From Nitrospirota bacterium (GTDB taxonomy: Bacteria; Nitrospirota; UBA9217): a DNA stretch of 64,000 bases. A program made the position numbers and the translations under genes. This document shows, piece by piece, positions 59,805 through 64,000 of the stretch; position 1 is the first letter of the stretch; each line of letters starts with the position of its first letter. The DNA is taken from contig CAWIYV010000010.1 of the NCBI GenBank assembly GCA_963840455.1, positions 1-64,000 on the forward strand, written 5' to 3'. The notes beneath the pieces were generated by a model. The model was not told where the DNA came from, did not search any database, and saw only the letters and a program-made list of their open reading frames with translations.

Positions 59805-61553
59805 CTATGCCGATGCTTTCCCGCGCTGTTTTCTCGATCTGCAGGCCTTCAATCGCTCGATGAGCTGCGCATAGGACAGCGTATTCAGCACGTCCTTCTT
59901 CTCCACCCATCCCCGGCGCGCGACCGAAACGCCATATGCCATGTAATCGAACTGGTTCGCAACGTGCGTATCGGTGCTGATGACCAGCGGCACGCCGTAG
60001 CCCTTCGCGATCCTGATGTGCAGGTCGTTCAGGTCGAGCCGGAGCGGATAGGCATTGATCTCCATGGCCACGCCGTACTTCGCGGCCTCTTTCAGCACCG
60101 CGTCCAGGTCAACGGCATAGGCGTCGCGCTCGCCCAGGAGCCTGCCCGTTGGATGGGCGATCACGTTCACGCAGGGGTTCCGGACCGCAGCGAGCAGCCG
60201 CCGGGTGATCTGCTCCTGCGGCTGCTTGAACCCCGAATGGATCGACGCCACAACGATGTCGAGGCCCGCGAGCGCCTCGTCCGCGAGGTCGAGCCTGCCG
60301 TCCGCCCGGATGTCCACTTCCGTCCCCGCGAGGACCGTGAACCCACGCAGCTTTTCGTTCACGCCCGTGATGAGCCGCATCTGCTCCCGGAGGCGCTTTT
60401 CGTCCAACCCGTGGGCCACGGCGAGCCCTTTCGTGTGGTCGGTGACAGCGATATAGCGGTATCCCCGCTTCCTCGCTTCCTGCACCATCGTATCGAGGTC
60501 ATGGCTGCCGTCGGACCATTTCGTGTGCACATGGAGATCGCCCTTGATGTCCGCAAGCGTCACCAGCTCCGGCAGCCGCCCTTCCAGCGCCGCCTCGATC
60601 TCGCCGGTGTCCTCCCTGAGCTCCGGCGGGATCCATGCCAGCTTGAGCGCCCGATACACGTCCTCTTCCTTTGTTCCCCCGATCTTCTTTTCGCCCGGCT
60701 CCCGGAACACGCCGTACTCGTTGATCTTGAGCCCGGCCCGCACGCCCATTTCGCGGAGCTTGATGTTATGCTGCTTGCTGCCGGTAAAGTATTGGAGCGC
60801 GGCGCCGAAGGAATCCTCGTCCACCACGCGCAGGTCGACCTGGATGCCGTCGTCCGTGATGATGGAGGATTTTGTTTCGCCATGGGCGAGCACCCTGCCC
60901 GTCTGCGGAAGATTCACGAACGCTGCCATCGCGGCCGCGGGGTCCCGGGAGGTGGCAAGGATGTCGATGTCCTTGACCTTGTCCTTCCATCGCCGGATGC
61001 TGCCTGCCACCTCGATCCGTTCAACGTACGCGCTGCCGCGCATGCGGCGGACGATCTCCTCGGCCAGCGGCAGGACCCTGCCGATCGGCCTGCGTTCGGT
61101 CCCGCGCCTCAGGAGCTCGATGCCCTTCAGGATGTTCTCCTCGGTCCGCTTCTGGATGCCGGGCAGGCCGCTGAGCTTTCCAGCGCGGACGGCAGCCTCC
61201 AGGTCGTCGATACCCTTGACCTTGAGTTTGTCGGACAGCAGCTTCGCCTTCTTCGGCCCCAGGCCTGGAACGCGGAGCAGATCAAGCAGGCCTTCGGGAG
61301 CAGCAGCCTTCAGCTCTTCATGCTTTGCGATCCTGCCGGTCTCGAGGAATTCCCGGACCTTGGCAGCCAGGTCCTTCCCGATACCCGGGACCGCCTCAAG
61401 CTCCTCAGACGAAAGGGATGCCACGTCCTTGGACAAATCCCCGATGTTCTGCGCCGCCCTGCGGTAGGCGCGGATGCGGAACACGTTCTCGTTCTTGAGC
61501 TCCAAAAGCTCCGCGATTTCGTTGAATATGTCTGCGATCTGCTGGTTCTTCAT
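59805..61553 (-). CDS. polX: DNA polymerase X with PHP domain
   Basis: FRIRAYRRAA, GLGPKK, AGSIRR...DID, YFTGSKQHN, DLHVHTKWSDG, AHPTGR. Confidence 0.95.
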   Translation of the reverse strand: MKNQQIADIFNEIAELLELKNENVFRIRAYRRAAQNIGDLSKDVASLSSEELEAVPGIGKDLAAKVREFLETGRIAKHEELKAAAPEGLLDLLRVPGLGPKKAKLLSDKLKVKGIDDLEAAVRAGKLSGLPGIQKRTEENILKGIELLRRGTERRPIGRVLPLAEEIVRRMRGSAYVERIEVAGSIRRWKDKVKDIDILATSRDPAAAMAAFVNLPQTGRVLAHGETKSSIITDDGIQVDLRVVDEDSFGAALQYFTGSKQHNIKLREMGVRAGLKINEYGVFREPGEKKIGGTKEEDVYRALKLAWIPPELREDTGEIEAALEGRLPELVTLADIKGDLHVHTKWSDGSHDLDTMVQEARKRGYRYIAVTDHTKGLAVAHGLDEKRLREQMRLITGVNEKLRGFTVLAGTEVDIRADGRLDLADEALAGLDIVVASIHSGFKQPQEQITRRLLAAVRNPCVNVIAHPTGRLLGERDAYAVDLDAVLKEAAKYGVAMEINAYPLRLDLNDLHIRIAKGYGVPLVISTDTHVANQFDYMAYGVSVARRGWVEKKDVLNTLSYAQLIERLKACRSRKQRGKASA

Positions 61554-62004
61554 GAGAGAGGTCCTCTCAGGACGTACCCTGCCGCATGCTGACGCGACAG
61601 CAGGGGGCTTTATTCAGCGCAGTCATAAGCCTGCAGGCAGCTTCTTTATTGATTTTAGCATGGAATAACGGCGGATGGTTCTTTAGAAAGAAACTGCTGG
61701 TTCGTCGGACGGAAGGTCGGGGTGAAAAGTAATAGTACAATGACCCACGATCTCGCATCCATTGAAAATCGTCAAATGACGTATAAACAACTACAGTCTC
61801 ACCCGCCAGCAGTCGTTATAGTCCTTTTTTCGTAGTTATTGATCATTTGAGATGCACTCGCTTTCTTCGCGCCATCGATATGAGAACAGCATGTTCCGGC
61901 ACACAGTGTCATTTTTCGCGCTATAATTTATTTGTATTTTCGTTCTGACTACTACCGGCCCCAAGCGGCCTTCGGCCGCCGCGGAGGCAGAAAAGGAGGC
62001 AGCT

Positions 62005-63201
62005 ATGGGAGTTCATCATTTCACACGCAGGGAATTCCTGAAAGCCGCGGGCACGGTTACAGCCGTGACGGCAATGGGAGGCATGCCCTTCGATGCCCTT
62101 GCCGCACCTTACGAGCGCAGGCTCGTGAAGTTCCCCGAGAAGACCGACCTCATCCTGCTCACGTCCCGTCCGCCGCAGCTCGAAACGCCGCTCTCCTATT
62201 TCAAAGAGCAGATCACGCCGAACGACGCCGTTTTCGTACGATGGCACATCAGCGAGATCCCGACATCCGTGGACCTCGCAGAATGGCGCCTCAAGGTCAG
62301 CGGCAACACAGAGAAGGAACTGCAACTCTCGTTCGGCGACCTCGCGAAGTTCGAAAAGGTCTCGTACACCGCGGTCATCCAGTGCGCGGGGAATGGCCGC
62401 AGCTTCTTTGATCCCCGCGTGCCAGGCGGCCAGTGGAAGAACGGCGCCATGGCCAACGTGACCTGGGGCGGTGCGCGTCTCAAGGACGTGCTGAACGCAG
62501 CAGGCCTCAAGGCAGGGTCCGTGGACGTGTCCTTCAACGGGCTCGACCGAGGTCCGCTCCCGTCGGTGCCTGACTTCGTCAAGAGTCTGGCCATGGACCA
62601 TGCCCTCGAAGAGGACATCATCATCGCCTATGAGATGAACGGGAAACCGCTCACCATGCTGAACGGCTTCCCTGCCCGGCTGATCGTGCCCGGCTGGTAC
62701 GCCACCTATTGGGTCAAGTCGCTCTCCGACATCTCGGTGAACACCAAGGCCTTCGAAGGCTTCTGGATGAATCCTGCCTACCGCATCCCGGACACGGAGT
62801 GCGGCTGCATCCCGCCGGGATCGAAGCCTTCCCGGACCATACCGATCCACCGCATGTCGACCCGGTCGCTGATCATAACGCCGACCGAGGGAGAAACCTT
62901 GAAGACGAACAAGCCGGTGAACATCACAGGCGTGGCGTTCTCGGGCGGGTACGGGATCAAGGACGTGATCGCGTCCACGGACGGCGGAAGGTCGTGGAGC
63001 CAGGCAGGCTTGGGCAAGGACCTCGGCAAGTACTCCTGGATCCAGTTCACACTGCCCTGGAAGCCCGCGAAGGCCGGGACCTACACCCTCATGGCAAAGG
63101 CGACGAACAGCATCGGCGATTCGCAGCCCTTCGAAGGTCTGTGGAACCCTGCGGGCTATCTCTGGAACAAGGTCGAACCCCTGACCGTGAAGGTGAAATA
63201 G
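62005..63201 (+). CDS. Tat-exported molybdopterin oxidoreductase, sulfite oxidase family (SorA-like)
   Basis: TRREFLK Tat motif; RPPQLETP, FVRWH, QCAGNGR, NGFPARLIVPGWY...WVK. Confidence 0.9.
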   Translation: MGVHHFTRREFLKAAGTVTAVTAMGGMPFDALAAPYERRLVKFPEKTDLILLTSRPPQLETPLSYFKEQITPNDAVFVRWHISEIPTSVDLAEWRLKVSGNTEKELQLSFGDLAKFEKVSYTAVIQCAGNGRSFFDPRVPGGQWKNGAMANVTWGGARLKDVLNAAGLKAGSVDVSFNGLDRGPLPSVPDFVKSLAMDHALEEDIIIAYEMNGKPLTMLNGFPARLIVPGWYATYWVKSLSDISVNTKAFEGFWMNPAYRIPDTECGCIPPGSKPSRTIPIHRMSTRSLIITPTEGETLKTNKPVNITGVAFSGGYGIKDVIASTDGGRSWSQAGLGKDLGKYSWIQFTLPWKPAKAGTYTLMAKATNSIGDSQPFEGLWNPAGYLWNKVEPLTVKVK

Positions 63202-63210
63202 GAGGATGCC

Positions 63211-63552
63211 ATGAAAAAGACCCTTGTGCTGACGATCATCCTGGTCCTCTCCCTATTGATCGGAGCAGGCCTTTCCCGCACGTTGCTGGCGCAGCAAAAG
63301 GACGGCGTAAAATCCATCGAGCTGCCCGCCATGGTCTTTGATCTCGCCGACGGCCCGAACCGCGACAAGGCGGCTGGGTTCTGCGCCATCTGCCACGGGG
63401 CGGAGTACATTCCCATGCAGCCGAAGATGAGCAAGGCGCAATGGACCGCCACGGTTACGAAAATGGTCAAGGCCTTCGGCGCCCCGATCCCACAGGAGGA
63501 CGCGGACAAGATCAGCGAGTATCTCGGCGGTGCCTACGGAACGGGGAAGTGA
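63211..63552 (+). CDS. Monoheme cytochrome c (SorB-like)
   Basis: Signal peptide; CAICH; YIPMQP; W...VTKMVKAFGAPI. Confidence 0.88.
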   Translation: MKKTLVLTIILVLSLLIGAGLSRTLLAQQKDGVKSIELPAMVFDLADGPNRDKAAGFCAICHGAEYIPMQPKMSKAQWTATVTKMVKAFGAPIPQEDADKISEYLGGAYGTGK

Positions 63553-64000
63553 CCGTCCCTGGACCACCGAGGAATGACCACGGCAGTCTGTCAGGAGGCT
63601 TTCGGGGGGAAACATCCCGACCCTCCACTTTTTTTCTTCGGCCCGGCTCGTGCTGCGGGGTATTTTGAAAAACCGAGGGCAGGAATTACTTCTTTTGTTC
63701 TCTTCACCGCCGGGCGGCTCTGACGCGAGAGACGCGTTCAGGCATGCGGCATGCGAGGATACGAAAAAGAACCGGCCCGAAAGCAGCGCGTCCGCAGGGG
63801 AAGCGCTGCAGGAAAATGGGAACGAGCAATGGAGCGTACACGAAGAACCTGGCATGCAACGCTGCCGGGCGATGAGCAGCCCAAAAAAGAGCTCTTCTTT
63901 GTTTAGCCAAAATTTGCACTGTTGCGCAGGCATGCCGTAGCGAAGGCGTTTCTTTGCACATCCCCTTTACGTCCTGAACGATATTGAAGCTGCCCTGAAG

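Noticed and set aside
63253-63961. Cys-rich minus-strand ORFs at the right end
   Set aside because: No recognisable domain; the longer one overlaps the cytochrome gene antisense. A small real gene cannot be excluded.

Overview
GC-rich bacterial chromosomal window, mostly housekeeping genes; gene content suggests an anaerobic Nitrospirota- or Desulfobacterota-like organism (inference only). The left end carries a mercury-methylation locus on the minus strand: an AbrB-fold Cys-pair protein (HgcC-like), hgcA, hgcB and a B12-type radical SAM gene running off the window edge, under a promoter with a nested palindrome. Other content: purH, mgtA, hisCBHAF, adk, kdpFABC (kdpA broken by many indels), kdpDE plus a KimA-like transporter, glnB-glnA, an SgmX-like TPR protein, def-fmt-DUF116-rsmB-PASTA-rpe, Re-citrate synthase-like enzyme with a Cache domain, two tandem solute-binding proteins, UbiB kinase, nitrilase, rtcA, infA, polX and sorAB-like genes. 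Less obvious structure: (i) a two-cassette integron array without integrase, with two 59-bp attC sites; (ii) several families of short palindromic or tandem repeats that sit at gene junctions, supply stop codons, nest in each other and lie in frame inside hgcB, hisF and an Fe-S oxidoreductase; (iii) a 57-aa Lys-rich in-frame extension of glnA coupled to the glnB stop. No rRNA, tRNA or CRISPR array was seen. Calls come from reading motifs by eye; no searches were run.
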